A stretch of DNA of 64,000 bases from Eledone cirrhosa (GCA_964016885.1 OZ024741.1:173414001-173478000), one strand, 5' to 3'. Counted from the stretch's first letter, positions 24,096 through 37,911 are shown. Made by a program: numbers and translations. Notes: generated from the letters alone by a model not told the origin.

Positions 24096-25379
24096 TTGAG
24101 GTTATATTTCCATTCTAGGATGTATTCCATCATAACAGCACATACTGCTTCCCAGCATCATGGATTAAACTGTGAGTTAATGCCGCGAATGTTTGGGGCG
24201 AATGTTTGACTATTGGGTAATCAGATAATCCAAGCGTAAAATCATCAATGTAGATATGGATAGAGTCTGGTGGATTTAGGAATGTGTTAGAAGTGATGAA
24301 GCAACGTGGTAAATGTTTAAGATAAACATTCATTAACTCAAGAGGATTGCTGTCTGATGCAAGCAAATTCCTTCATCGATGTCAGGATCAACATCTTTAT
24401 AGGCTTCGCGTGTTGGGTTACGTATGGTGAACTATAATGTTTAATAATTCGCTATAATGTTTAATAAGAGCTGTTATAATTAGTATAACAGCTCTGTACG
24501 ACTCTCATTACAATGGGAGGAAAAAGTCTGTAAATGGGTATGTTTGCTCCAAGGAATGGTATAATATTAGCATACCACATACATATATACACATACATGT
24601 ATGCCCACGTACATATGTGTGTTGGTATGTCAAATACACACATATATATGTGTATATCTGTGTGGAGATAAACACGTGTTGGTTTCTTTTACTTCTTTGC
24701 ACAAGATATAGGGTCTTGTACTTATGCTAAAACTCATTAATATATGGAGAAAGAGAAGATTTATTCAAGAGAGAATCAGAAGGAAAAGAGGATATGTTAA
24801 TTAATTCACTTATGAAAAACATTCCCATGAAACGGTTATGGTTCTATTATTGAAAACTCAGTATCGGTAACACATCTGACAACATGCTTTGCAGGATAGA
24901 ATTACAGCCCTTTATGATCTGAGTTCAAATCCTGCTGAGGTTAGCTTTGCCTTTCATCCTAACGAGGTCTATAAAATAAAGCACCAGTAATGCGCTGTGG
25001 TAGATTTAATTGACTTTTCCTTCTAAAATTGTTGGCCTTGCACCTAAATCAGAAACCATTTATTGAAAATTCTCTCTCTCTCTCTTTCTCTCTCTCTCTC
25101 ACTCTCTCTCTCTCTCTCTATTGGACTTCCACTGGTTCAGACAATGAGTGTTCCAGTTGTTATAATAAGCAGCCTTCACATGATATTAACATACAAGTGG
25201 CTGAACATTTGGCAGATGTGTGCACCCTTAGCACAATTCTCAAGAAAATTCAGCCTAACACTGTATGTGATAAGGCTGGTCCTTTGAATTACTGGTACAA
25301 TTCATTTTCTCCAGCTGAGTGAATTGGAGCAATGTGAAATAAAGTACCTTTCTCAAGAATATAATGTGCTGCTTGGAAC

Positions 25380-26100
25380 CAGGTAGGAAGCTGTTACCAT
25401 CAGGAAAGTGGCCTGAGTTGAATAAATGTGGGCATAAATTCCATATGCACACAATGTTATCTATGGATACACAAGAGATGTAGTGGGATTGCAAACAGGA
25501 TAACAGAGAAGATAGATTTTATATGTGGTAGATGCACAGAAGAAGTAAGCACTAACAGCACACATGAAATAGATCATGATTACCCAGGGGGCTCCCCAGA
25601 AGATGTGAAAGCCAGGATAAGAACAGGCTGGGAGAAATGTATGGAGCTAGTGCCTCTTGCTGACAACAAAAGGCTTCTCTTTTAGACTGAAGGGTAGACT
25701 GTATGATGCCTACATGTGAACTGCAATGCTACATGGCAGTGAAACAAAAGTTTTGAATACAGTAAACCTGAGAAGGCCAGAAAGACATAAAGCAAGTATG
25801 CTCCAATGGATGTGTAATGCTCATGTGCATGAACGAAATAGTATAAGCAAGTTGAGAGTAAAGCTTGGCATAAGAACTGGATGCAGTTTACAAAAGAGAA
25901 AATTGTGCTGGTTTGGACATGTGATGTGTATGAAAGATGACAGATGTATAATGAAGTGCAGAGAAATCTCAGTGGATGAGGCCCAGGAGGACATGGGATG
26001 AGGTAGTGAGGACTGACCTTATAAAGCTGTACCTCATAAGGGAGATGACAAAGAGCTGAGAGGATAGGAAATATGGTTTGCTTGTGAAGACCCACCTACC
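25380..26100 (+). mobile_element. Decayed RTE LINE RT fragment
   Basis: NSICTQCYLWIHKRCSGI, ARIRTGW, MLHGSET, WFGHVMCM. Confidence 0.8.
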
Positions 26101-27959
26101 AGCCTAAAACTTGACTTGACACATCCACATACCCATCACTCACCCCTACCTCTCACTATCACTGCTAATAGCTATCCTCACTATAATATCCCCACTCCTA
26201 CTCTATTGTATACATCCTGATGCACTGTACTTCACCCTCACTCGCTCTAAATAATACACCAGTCATATCCTTGGTAATTATTATCCCAGTACCTTCCCAG
26301 GCTGCCACAGATTTCTCCTCCCACTCACCACCCTTCACCCTGACAAATCCCTCTACCCTAGGCACATGCCGATGGTGTATATTCCACTCCAGTCCATATG
26401 GTAGAGAGGGTCTTTCAGTTGAGTCAATGACCAACAACTTCTCTAGTGCTGATACCACAAAAAATGCACCCAGTACACCTTATAAAGTGGTTGGTAATAG
26501 GAAAGGTAACTCACAGTGGAAACCGTGTGAAAAAGAGACAACAGGAATCTTTAGTTGTGTCAGGGGCACAATAACCTCTCTGGAGTTAGTGATCTTCAGG
26601 ATAAATGCACCCAGTACACTCTGTAAAGTGGTTAGTGATAGGAGGGTTATCCAGCCTTAGAAAACCTGCCAAAAAAAGGGTCAAGGACATGACAACTTTC
26701 TTAGTGCTAGTGCCATTGATAAAATGTACTTGGTAAAGAATAGGATTGTATGTTGACTCCATGGCTCACCTAGAAGATAGTGGTTCAGCTTGAATACTGA
26801 CTCATCTAGGGTGACATGGCCAACCCTTGCTAGCAGGAAAAACAGACATTAAACGAGGATGGTGATGATGATAAATATATAAATCATTTGTTGTCAATGG
26901 AGGTAGTAGCTCCCTGAACTTTTTCCGACATGTTCTCATTCTAGCTTCTATGCTCTCAGAACACCCTCCTCCACTGCTAATTAAATCATTTAGGTAGCAG
27001 AAGCTATCAACTAAATCCTGGGATTGGAAAAGATTTATTTCCCTGATGATCTTAATACCAATTTTCCTTGTATATCTGTAGTGAAATCTGTCCACACGTT
27101 GACCCCTGGGTGACATTTAACAGGGTTATCTCCTTTCAGGCGTCAATAGGTCTGAGAGTGGATGACCTCGAAAGGTCAGCCCTTTATTCTCAAGTCTTGG
27201 AGACAGAGGAAACAACATAGATAAATAGCTTGCCTGAGACTAGCACAGGCAGCAGTTCGGAAACGGTTCTTGATAGAGTAAACATGTGAACTATTGCTTT
27301 CTACAGACCCCTTGGGGTCTTACAGACTCTTACCTTATCTTACTCTCTCTCTCTTACACTCAATCTCTATCTCTTGGTCTCTCTCTTAACCAAGCCAGTG
27401 AAGTTCATGAAGTTTTCTTGGTAAATACAATTTAATTCTACTTTTACAAACACACAAATAACGTCCATAATTCTTGTGTATTTTCCGTATAGCTTCGGCG
27501 TGAGCTATTTTCAATAAATTAATAATATAGCAGTTTGGTGTTATCATGGTTCATTTATATATATTCATTTTCTGGGTGAACAAGTAACTATCGTATCATC
27601 ATCATCTTATTGAACACTTACTCACTTACCTGCACACATGTAATCTCTGGCCACACTGTATCATACAACAGTGACCACACCACACAGCAAGCCTGTCTGC
27701 TATCCAACTATGTCTCTTGTATACCTAACATTTACATTGTGTACATACCGAGCAAGGCTACTTCCCCGATGAGATCAGGGTGCTGTCCTCTTTCCTACTT
27801 ACTAAAAATTTGATGATTGCCAAGTTTATGCATCTGTAGTTTCTCCTTTCCAGAGCATCGCCTTTTACCTTGTAACAGTTAACCAGTATACTACTATGCC
27901 TATCATTGGTGTAACTTCATCCTGTATTACCTGATTAACTATATGAGAGACTAGTTCAA

Positions 27960-28300
27960 ATCCTATTTTCCCAGATGATTTTAGCATTTCAGCGACTATC
28001 TATGATGAATTAGTGACAACCATTTTTCATCTCCTTGATTACTTCTCTGATGTTATAACTATCAATTTCGATACTTGGTCTAAATTACCTTATCTATCCC
28101 CTCCTCAGCTAATAGAATACCTACTCCACCTACTGTATCACCATTTCCTACCAAGAAAAGCTTATTACATTGTTTGCCTGTGAGCAGTGATCCTGAAGGA
28201 ACCCTCCATGTCATCTCTTAAAAATAGAATACATCCACTCCTCTCAAGTAACTCCACAATTTCTCCAGATCTACCTTTCTGTGTGCCCACAGTGAGAGTG
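27960..28300 (-). mobile_element. Decayed RTE apurinic-endonuclease fragment
   Basis: Similar to 52480-53060; minus strand shows F(L/W)VGN..xGGVGILL-type sequence. Confidence 0.55.
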
Positions 28301-30479
28301 GCAGCCCTGATATAGATTACCTTTAGTAGTAGTTCGCTGTATTTAGAAGGGGATATGGTTGTACGATTGGTTGATAACAGTCAAGAGATTCTCACATATG
28401 GCTATTTTAACCACCATCCTACTGTACACAGCACAAACATGACTGGTGTTAGCCTTGTATATGCAATTTGTGTGCATCTTATATGTTGTGCTTTTCATAT
28501 TTTTGACAGTTTTTTTCTGGCTGGATGCTCTTCTTGTCACCAACCACTTTACATCATGGACTGGGTGTATTCTTTATACCAGAGAAGCTGTCTGACCAGA
28601 CTTAAAGGCCCTATCTATACTGTATCAGGTTTTATTCAGGGTGACTGCATTCCTAGATGGGTGGCCTTCACTATGGCTCACAAAACTCATGGCTGCCCCT
28701 TGCAGTATTAAATGGTTTGCAATATAAAATTGAACAATAAACATTCATTATATAATTAATAAAGTGTAAATGTTCTAACCTTACACAGGAGGCAAATACA
28801 ATCCATGGATGGGAGTAAATAATAAATAGATTACGGAAGTCACCAAATTTATTTTAGTAACCCCCGTAATAACAAGTATGCAGTTGGAAGCTGGTCTTTG
28901 CATTGCAGAGCGAACACAATTAGTTAGTTAGGGAGTTTTACACCAGTTACAAGGTATTGTTACACTGATCTATCTCCTGTATGAAATTCCATTTCATCAC
29001 AATCATCTGCTTATAACAAATATTAGAAGCTTTATATGCAGAGGATTAATTATGTAACAATGGTAAATGTTACATAATCTGAGCTAATTACAACTCATCA
29101 GCAGAATGATATATATACATATATATATTAAACGAAGAAGTATACATATCTCTACATGAATATAGATACAGGTATAGATACATACATATAGAGTGTCCAA
29201 CTTATACTGAATTTGGTTCTATGAAAGAGTTAATAAAATTAACAGATTCAGAGCCTAAAAATATCAAATATGGGAAAACAAGTTAAGAAAAAATCATTAC
29301 TTATTCACTTTAATGTCCCTACTGCAAATTCATTGGAAAAGTAATGGTATTCTGAGTAGAGTATTGGGAGAAATCCCAAATCCTGGGGAGACTTTCTCAA
29401 TCCAGAAATAGAATTCAAGACAGGAATTCCCAGCTGTTCGCTGTCAGTGAAAATTTCAAATGAAATAATTGTCACATATATAGCATATATAACATAACAT
29501 GTTCTGATAATGGAAAATAACTGTTTACCAAGAATGCCTTTAAAACTCACAGTTATTTTAGGCATGTGACTTATACCATCATCCTCATCATCAATTATCA
29601 TCCATTTTCCCTGCAAATAAAGGTTGGAGGAGTCTTCACAAACAGAGTCACCACTCAAACAAGCCTACTGTCCCATCAGATGGCAGGAGGGGCCTGCATC
29701 TCACTTACATACGATCCTGTGCTCTACCAAATACATTTTATCATGGTAATAGCCCTAGAGAGGCCATCATGTCTTTAACACAACTGGAAACCTTTGTTTG
29801 GCAAGCTTTCTATGGCTGGATGCCTTTATCATCATCAACAACTTTACAGCATGTACTGGGTGCATTTATCATCTGGATCACCAACACTAGAGAGGTTGTT
29901 TATATTGTTGACACAACTAAAGAGTCCTCTCAAAACTTTTGGCATAGTTTCTACAGTGGGTGCACTTCCTACCATCAACCACCTTACAGGGTGTACTGGG
30001 TACATTTTCATGGCATCAACACTAGAGAGGTTGTTGGTTATTGTCTTAACTGAAGAACTGCCTCTGCTTTGATGGAAAGGAAGAGAGAGAAAAGGAAGAT
30101 AAGTATGATGTTATGCATGAATGGCAAATGTAATTTGATGAGTGATGAGTAGGAGGAAAGGGGGGACCTCAAAAGATGTAGGGTTTTATTTACAGATGTG
30201 TCAGGATTTTAGAAGATGGATGTAGTGGTGATGAGGTAGCTAGGATGTAGTAGTAAAGGAGTGAGGTGCACTGGGATGGAGAGAGTAGCTACTGAAGACT
30301 TTAGAGAGGCTTGTAGTGATGGTGAAAAAGTCTGAGTGATAGTGGAGGAGGCATGAAAAGGGTTAGGGTTTACAGTGATGCTGAGGATAGCTACTAGGTA
30401 GTGCTATTAGTGAAGGTCGTTACTAAGGAGTGTTAGTTGAAGGAGGGCATGGAGATGAGTCAGGTCACATTTTATGCTA

Positions 30480-30900
30480 GTAGTTGAATTTTTTCCAGTA
30501 CTGCATGTTGCCAATTGTTGTAGACTTTTGATATGTCTGTCACAAGGTTCAGTTTCTTAAGGTCAGTCATCACTATTTCCCCCCATGTCTTCCTAGATCT
30601 ACCTCTTCCACAGATTTCAGCCGAGATCTTCCATATCAACACAGTCTTCTCTCTTGCACACTACATCCAATGTCTCTTATGCCAAATTTTTCTTTCAGCT
30701 CACTTATCCTATGCCATTCATGTGCACATGAATGCACATCCATCAGAGCATACTTTCTACATTTCTTTCTAGCCTTCACAGGACTTCTACTGCTTTGTAT
30801 TGCAGTACACACACAGTCATCATACACACTACCTTTCACTCTGAGAGAGAAGTCCTGTGTTGTCAGCAGAAGTACCAGCTCCCTAAACTTCTTCCAGCCT
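30480..30900 (-). mobile_element. Decayed RTE LINE RT 3' fragment
   Basis: KGSVYDDCVCTA...ELKEKFGIRDIGCSVQERRL. Confidence 0.75.
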
Positions 30901-31041
30901 AAACTTCTATGTATTTAAAAAAAAGAAATGTATATATATATAAAGTGGTGGAACACTGGAAGGTAATATCCGTAGTGGTAGAGCACTCAGTCCAAGGGAC
31001 GAGTTAGGTAGAAGTGGTTACACAACAGTTAGTTCACCATA

Positions 31042-31081
31042 CCGAGAACAATTGTTTCACCTTCGCGGATCTTCAGCTCGG
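31042..31081 (-). ncRNA. Minimal type I hammerhead ribozyme (Penelope-borne)
   Basis: Minus strand reads ccgag-CTGAAGA-tcc gcgaa ggt-GAAA-caattg-TT-ctcgg. Perfect 5-bp stem I and palindromic stem III. Confidence 0.8.
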
Positions 31082-31264
31082 GATGTATATGGTTATAGGA
31101 ATAGGAAGGACAACCGTACGAACGCGCATGCGCAGAAACTCGGTCACTTCACACAGGCAATAGTAGACTGCGTGCGGAGGGTGTAAGGGAGATAACTGTA
31201 AAAGTCCGGAAAGTTTTTTGGTTAAAAATAAAATAAAAAAATTTAAAAATAAAATTACAAAGAA

Positions 31265-31762
31265 TCAGTTCGGAGCCTTGTAGTTATGCAATAGATGTTT
31301 GGTGACGTGTGGACAACGTGTGAAAAATTCACTTCTCGTGTTTAGGCAATCACTATTGCGTAATCTCTTTAGGCTAGTTATTCGTTCGTCAATACATAAG
31401 CCACACGTCGGATTTCCCCTTGCGTATGGCTTGGACTTAGTGATGGCTTTCCATTGAATGGAGTACCCTATACTTGAGTCCTTGAGGGACCATACGTGGC
31501 TCACGAGTTTCGTGGATGAACGTCTGTCCGGGTATCTGAAGGTAGACTGGTGGTTCAGGAAACCCTCCTTGAATCGGCCCTCCGCCATGCCCACATAGGA
31601 TTTGACCTCCTGTGGTTCGTTTGGTCGGTTGGAAGTGACCACAGCTTCATAGATTACAGCGGGTGTGTTGCATTGTTGTTGAAGGGGGCAAGCTTCAGGT
31701 TTACGGCAAGAGCACCCTGGTGAGGTGTTGCTCCTAGGGCTGCTGGTGATGTGGGCCTTCAT
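31265..31762 (-). pseudogene. Penelope GIY-YIG endonuclease domain remnant
   Basis: CSCRKPEACPLQQQC...VIYEAVV...SYVGMAEGRFK..F.NHQSTF...TKLVSHVWSLKD...CGLCIDE...LNTRSEFFTRCPH, the characteristic Penelope EN signature. Confidence 0.88.
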
Positions 31763-31999
31763 GTTCTTAGCGCAGGAGTATCCTAGTTTAACTTTGTGTC
31801 GGTTAAAGATGGAGCGGTATTAATGACCTATGGGGAAGTGTCTATCTAAGAGGGCTATAATTTTTTTCCCACATTGGTTTTAACGTTGAGTGAGAAGGGA
31901 GGAGAGAACCAGATAGTTTGTCTATTGATGCGCTTACTTTTTAAATGGTGTTGTTGCTAGTGGGAGAGTAGGGGATAGGTTGCGAGAAGCTGCTGTAGC

Positions 32000-33506
32000 C
32001 AACGCCGTGTTATAGTAGGGTGCCGCCCTGTCAAAGATAGCCTTATTTTATGTGCATAACACTCCTTGAAACATAAGTAATACACATGTAAAGTTTGAAA
32101 AAAATCGGTTGGGTACATCTTGAGTTTTAGTGATTCAAACTTACAGACACACACACAAACATCCTCAGTTTTATATATATAGACTAGCAGAAAACCGCAC
32201 AACGCGTGGTTTTCTGCTAGTATATATATATATTACACACACAGAAATGTATATATATTTCTGTGTGTCATCATCATCATCATCATCAACGTTTAACGTT
32301 CGTGTTCCATGCTTGCATGGGTTTGGACGGAGGTTTTCCCACTTGAGGCAAGAGTGATTGTCTTGCTCGCATAGGACTGTCTGGCAGGTTTTCTACAGTT
32401 GGATGCCCTTCCTAACACCAACCACATTTACAGTGTGGGTCTGGGAGGTTTTTACCGTGTTGCCTACACGGCCACATTACAGCGTGGACTGTGTGTTTTT
32501 TTGTCGTGACACCTACACGATCTCATTTGTTTCGGCCTGGATGGTGTGGCACCAACATAACTTTACGTAGAAGGGGGCGGTGTGGATGGGGTGGTGGTGG
32601 TGGGACGGGGGTGTATTTTGTTAGAGATGCCTACTGACTGTAGTAGGTTATACTATGTATTTAGGTAAGGCGGGTCTTCTCTATTACTGAGTACCGCCAA
32701 AGGTCTCGGTCCAGTGACATTGTCTTGGAGAGGTGTAAGTGTATGAGGTCGGAGTTTACCAGCTCGTCCCAGGTTTTTCTGGGTCTGCCTATTCCATGGC
32801 TACCGTCTATCTGTATTGCCCTGCACTTTGTTATACAGCTATCGTCTTTCATGCGCATCACGTGTCCATACCAACGTAGCCTTCTCTCGAGTAAACAACA
32901 TCTGATCCCTCTTATTTCTAATTTTTTCCTTAGTTCGTTTATGCTTTGCCGTTCACGTATATTACTATTACACATCCAGCGGAGCATGCAAGCTTCGTTC
33001 CTCTCTAGTCTGCGTATATCCTCTGCACACAATGCGCAGGTCTCACTGCCATGCAACATTGCTGTTCGTATGCAGGCATCATACAACCTGCCTTTCATTT
33101 TTAGGGAGAACCCTTTAGCAGCTAATAGTGGAAAGTTATATATATATATTTCTGTGTGTGTATATATATATTACACACACACAGAAATGTATATATGTTT
33201 CTGTAGCACTCCTCAATTCCCCCCTCTCTCCCTCCCGCTATCCCTCTCTTGTAGTCTGTCTCTTTCATTCACTCTCACTCTCTCTCTACACGTGTGCAAA
33301 AAACATTCGCACGCGCGCACGTGTTTTAGCTTCTATTCACTCTCTCTCTCTCTCCCTCCCGCTATCCCCCTCTCGTAGTCTGTCTCTTTCTTTCACTCTC
33401 ACTCTCTCTCTACGCGTGCGCAAAAAACATTCGCACGCGCGCACGTGTTTCCACTGTCGGGCAGACAGACAAACAGAGAAATTGGTGGTTATATATTATA
33501 AGGAGA
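32000..33506 (-). mobile_element. Non-autonomous Helitron-like elements, head-to-tail, interrupted by an RTE insertion
   Basis: Minus strand 5' end A|TCtccttataatatataa...tgtttgtctgtctg at 33506. A terminal hairpin ending CTAG lies at 32220-32184, immediately followed by a new 5' end TCtatatatataaaactgaggatgtttgtgtgtgtgtc at 32183. Confidence 0.7.
32269..33136 (-). mobile_element. 5'-truncated RTE LINE with (GAT)n tail and target-site duplication
   Basis: ORF 32661-33098 reads KGRLYDACIRTAMLHGSET...RRLRWYGHVMRM...GRPRKTW. tatatatatttctgtgtgt occurs on both sides. Confidence 0.9.
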
Positions 33507-33507
33507 T

Positions 33508-33539
<32 letters not shown>

Positions 33540-34064
33540 TCAATATCAATCTTCCACGCTAGCATGGGTTAGACAGGTTTGTCCCATTTAGAGGCAAGTT
33601 GTGTCAGGTGACCATGTCTCACTCCTAGAGGACTTTTTCTGGATGGTTTTCTATGGCTGGATGCCCTTCCTAGTGCCAACCACATTTATAGTGTGTGCTG
33701 GGTGCTTTTTGTCGTGACACCTATATATATATATAGTGTAGATAGTACGGTGAAATACTGGTGTTAGTACCAAATCAAGCACTCTATGCACAAGTAGAGT
33801 GCATATAATAAAAAAAACGAGGAAGTTTCACTTACATATGAAAAATATTTATTGCGTATCGAACTGTTATGTGCGTTTCGCAGAAGATTGGCCCAAGGTA
33901 ACCCATAGGAATTATGGACCCGACTCCAGTATCGATCTGCTCCTCAGACTGGGGGGGGGGGTGCACCGATGGGTGTGTCCCCGCGACTCCACACATATAT
34001 ATATGGCAGATGTATGTCTGTTTATACGTGAATATGGGTGCGCACACAGGCATGTACATGTGTG

Positions 34065-34115
<51 letters not shown>

Positions 34116-34556
34116 GCATGTATGTATCTGTATGTGTAAGCGTATGTATACATGTGTGTGTGTGTACGTGTGTATATATACATGTGAGTGTGTATGTATG
34201 GGTGCACATGGGTGTGTATGCATGTATATATATGTACATGTATGTATGTGTCTCTGTGTATATGTATACATGTATGTATGTGTGTGTATATATATATATA
34301 TATGTATACATACGCTTACACATACATATACATACATGCATATATATACATAAAGTATAACGATCATTATCGTTATACTTTATGTATATATATGCATGTA
34401 TGTATATGTATGTGTAAGCGTATGTATACATGTGTGTGTGTGTACGTGTGTATATATACATGTGAGTGTGTATGTATGGGTGCACATGGGTGTGTATGCA
34501 TGTATATATATGGACATGTATGTATGTGTCTCTGTGTATATGTATACATGTATGTA

Positions 34557-34598
<42 letters not shown>

Positions 34599-35342
34599 TG
34601 TGTATGTATGTGTGTATATATATATATATACATACATAAATATATATATGTATATATCTATATGAGAGTGTACGTGGTGACATATGTGTGGATCTATGTG
34701 TCTGTGTGTGTGTACACACTTATATGTGTACGAGGGCTCATGTATCTTGGTGTATATGTAGGTATACACATGTCTGCGCACGTCCCTATGCCTATGCCTG
34801 CCTGTCTATGTTGTTGATTTTCTACATCCTACAATTATTCCTTCTTATCCATAATTCCCTTTTTTTAAATCATTTTGACAAAAACATGAAATGTCTTTAC
34901 TGACACGATAAACTACGACCGGGTCGTCCATGTGTGGCACACCCCACCAATCCCTGCTTCCTGTTTACACCAAAGCAAGTCTTTGACTGACCAATACACA
35001 TTCCAAAACACACCTACATGCGCACACACACACACACACACACATGCGTGCACGCGAATCCTTAATTGCTCGCACGCCCTCGCAAATATACACATGAATA
35101 CTGTTGAATATACACCGTATTGCCGCCCCACAAATTGCACCAGGATATTCACATACGCCCACACACACACACACACAAAAATAGGGCCAGTGCCTATATA
35201 TATATATATACATTCTCAGTCCACATACCACAACAAAAATATATCTTTTGTTGCATCACCAGTCGGGTCCATAACTCCTATGAGTCACCTTGAGCCAATC
35301 CTCTGCGAAACGCACATAACAGGTCGATATGCAATAAATATT

Positions 35343-36737
35343 AGCAATGAGTATAGTGAGGAATTTAGCATACAGGTCGGTGTCCACCAGGGCTCTGTTC
35401 TTAGCCCTCTCCTGTTCATCATAGTCCTGCAGGCAATAACGGAGGAGTTTAAGACCGGATGCCCATGGGAACTCCTGTATGCAGATGTCCTCGCATTTAT
35501 AGCTGAATCTATGGTAGAACTAGAGAAGAAATTCCAAACTTGGAAGCAGGGACTAGAAAGAAAGGGTCTCAAAGTCAACCTGATAAACACTAAGGTCCTT
35601 GTAAGTAGGCAAGAAAACAGAACCCAGATCCCCTCAGGGAAATGGCCTTGCTCAGTATGTAGGAAATGTGTAGGTAGGAACTCAATTCTCTGCCCCAAAT
35701 GCAAACAATGGGTACACAGGAGATGTAGCGGGATTTCAGGAAGCTTAACTAAGAATGTAGGCTTCACATGTAGCAGCTGTGTTGGGACAGCAAGCAGCAA
35801 ACTGCCACAGGAAACAAGTACCACCAAACTCTGGGAGGGCTCTGTAGAAACAGTAGACAGCTTCTACTACCTAGGTGACCGAATTAGCAGCAGAGGTGGG
35901 TGTTCGCAAAGTACAATAACTCGGGTAAGAACGGGATGGAAGAAGTTCAGGGAGCTACTGCCACTGCTAGCTGCAAAAGGCTTTTCCCTCAAAATGAAAG
36001 GCAGACTATATGATGCGTGTATACGAACAGCAATGTTACATGGTAGTGAGACCTTTGCGCTGTCTGTGGAAGACTTGTGTAGATTAGAAAGAAACGAAGC
36101 CTGCATGCTCCGAAAGATGTGTAATAGTAATTTACGTGAACAGCAAAGCATAAATGAATTGAGAGAGAGACTGAGCATAAGAGGAATCAAATGCTGTATG
36201 CAGGAGAGGCGGTTGCGTTGGTATGGACATGTGATGCGTATGAAGGATGACAGCTGCTTAAAAAGGTGCAGAACACTAGAAGTCGATGGAAACCGTTGAG
36301 TGGGGAGACCCAAGATGACCTGGGATGAGGTGATAAAAGCCAACCTTACCCAATTACACCTCTCAAAGGCGATGACACACGACCGTGACCTCTGGTGTCA
36401 CGCAGTAATACAGAAGATCTGACCCCCCACGGGTACAAGCCGAAGCTGAAGCATATAGACAATATGCCCCCGCGCCCTCCCACTGCAAAGTGGTCATGGA
36501 GGTGCCACGGCAAAAAAGCACCCAGCCCACACTATAAAGTGGACGTGTAGGCACCACAGAAAAAAAACACCCAGCACTCAGTGTAAATGAGGTTGGTGTT
36601 AGGAAGGGCATCCAGCTGTAGAAATCAAGCCAGAATCAGTTCCCGTATGAGCAAGACAAGGTCAGCTGACTGGACACTGTCCACAACAGGACAACCCATC
36701 TAACCCATGCTAGCGTGGAAGAACGGACGTAAAACGG

Positions 36738-36768
<31 letters not shown>
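35343..36768 (+). mobile_element. 5'-truncated RTE LINE (RT with internal Cys-rich PHD-like insert), 3' UTR and (GAT)n tail
   Basis: GVHQGSVLSPLLF, ELLYADVL, WPCSVC...CPKCKQWVHRRC...FTCSSC, FYYLG, MLHGSET, RLRWYGHVMRM. Confidence 0.92.
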
Positions 36769-36769
<1 letters not shown>

Positions 36770-37911
36770 TAAACAAAACTTCCTCATTTTTTTCTATTAT
36801 ACATATATATATCGTCTAAAGCCATGCTAGCATGGAAGATAGACGTTAAACGATGATGATGATGATATATATATTAGTACCTAGATAAGAATAAGCCGCT
36901 CTACTTGGTATTTGTTGATCTAGAGAAAGATTTTGTCAGAGACCCCCATCCCATAATTCTGGTGGGTTCCAAGAAAACTAGGAGGAAAATACAAACTATG
37001 GGTACACAAGAGATGCAGTGCAATCTCAGGTAGGTTAGCTAAGAATCTAGGTTTTACATGTGGCTGTTGCACAGGGGCAGTGGACAGCAAATGCCCACAG
37101 GAAACAAGTACTATCAAATTCTTAGAATATTCCATAGAAACAGAAGACTCACTTTCCCATGTGAACAGGTTGAAACACACATCTAGTTCGCACTACTTCC
37201 CCCCCCCCCTTTTCCATACATCTCCCATGTCCTAACACCCTACCACTCATCCACATCCCTAGATCTATCTCCCCATTCCCTATTCACCTCCCCCACCCAA
37301 GCCGCCAGTCCACACTGTAAAGTGGTCATTTTTGTGCCACAACAAAAAGTGCCCAGCCCATACTGTAAAGTTATCTGTAGGTGTCATGAATCCAATACAT
37401 ACTGTAAAGGTAGTTGGTGTTAGGAAGGGCATCCAGCCATATAAACCAAACCAAAATCAGTTCTGTATGACCATAACATGGAAAAATGAATGTTAAATGG
37501 TGTTGATGATGATGATGATGATGAGTATGATAATATATATATTTATTTTACTTATATTATTCGCATTACATAACATTAATACATCCTATCATTATGTATC
37601 TATTTTTACCATAATGCATGCCATTTTTTAACATTCTGTATATATTCACTTGATATATTCTTGATATATTCACTTTTTGCCTTATGCATGCTTTTATTAA
37701 TATTCTGTATTTTTGCCTCATATACCCTTATACACCTTTCTTATACACCTTTCTATGCTATGATATCTTTTTACTGTAATATGTATTTGCTTGATATCTT
37801 TTTGCACCTGTATTACCTTTATGCATAACTTTCTCTATAATATGCTTATTATAATCACTTTAAGTAATAACCTCTTCACAACAGCTCCCAATATTTTGCT
37901 ATCTGTTTACT

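Larger units (their letters stand above)
30945..31990 (-). mobile_element. Penelope-like element, 3' portion (RT-EN linker, GIY-YIG endonuclease, terminal repeat region)
   Basis: The linker IWFSPPFSLNVKTNVGK...IFNRHKVKLGYSC lies upstream of ORF 31265-31762. A hammerhead motif sits in the 3' region. Confidence 0.88.

Noticed and set aside
27077-27582. Solo LTR (TG...CA with internal AATAAA)
   Set aside because: No target-site duplication or second copy could be identified.
33799-35342. Long Tyr/Ile/His/Val/Cys-rich ORFs, including the N-terminal part of the 455-aa ORF
   Set aside because: These are translations of (TA)n/(TG)n/(CA)n-rich sequence. RT homology begins only at ~35343.
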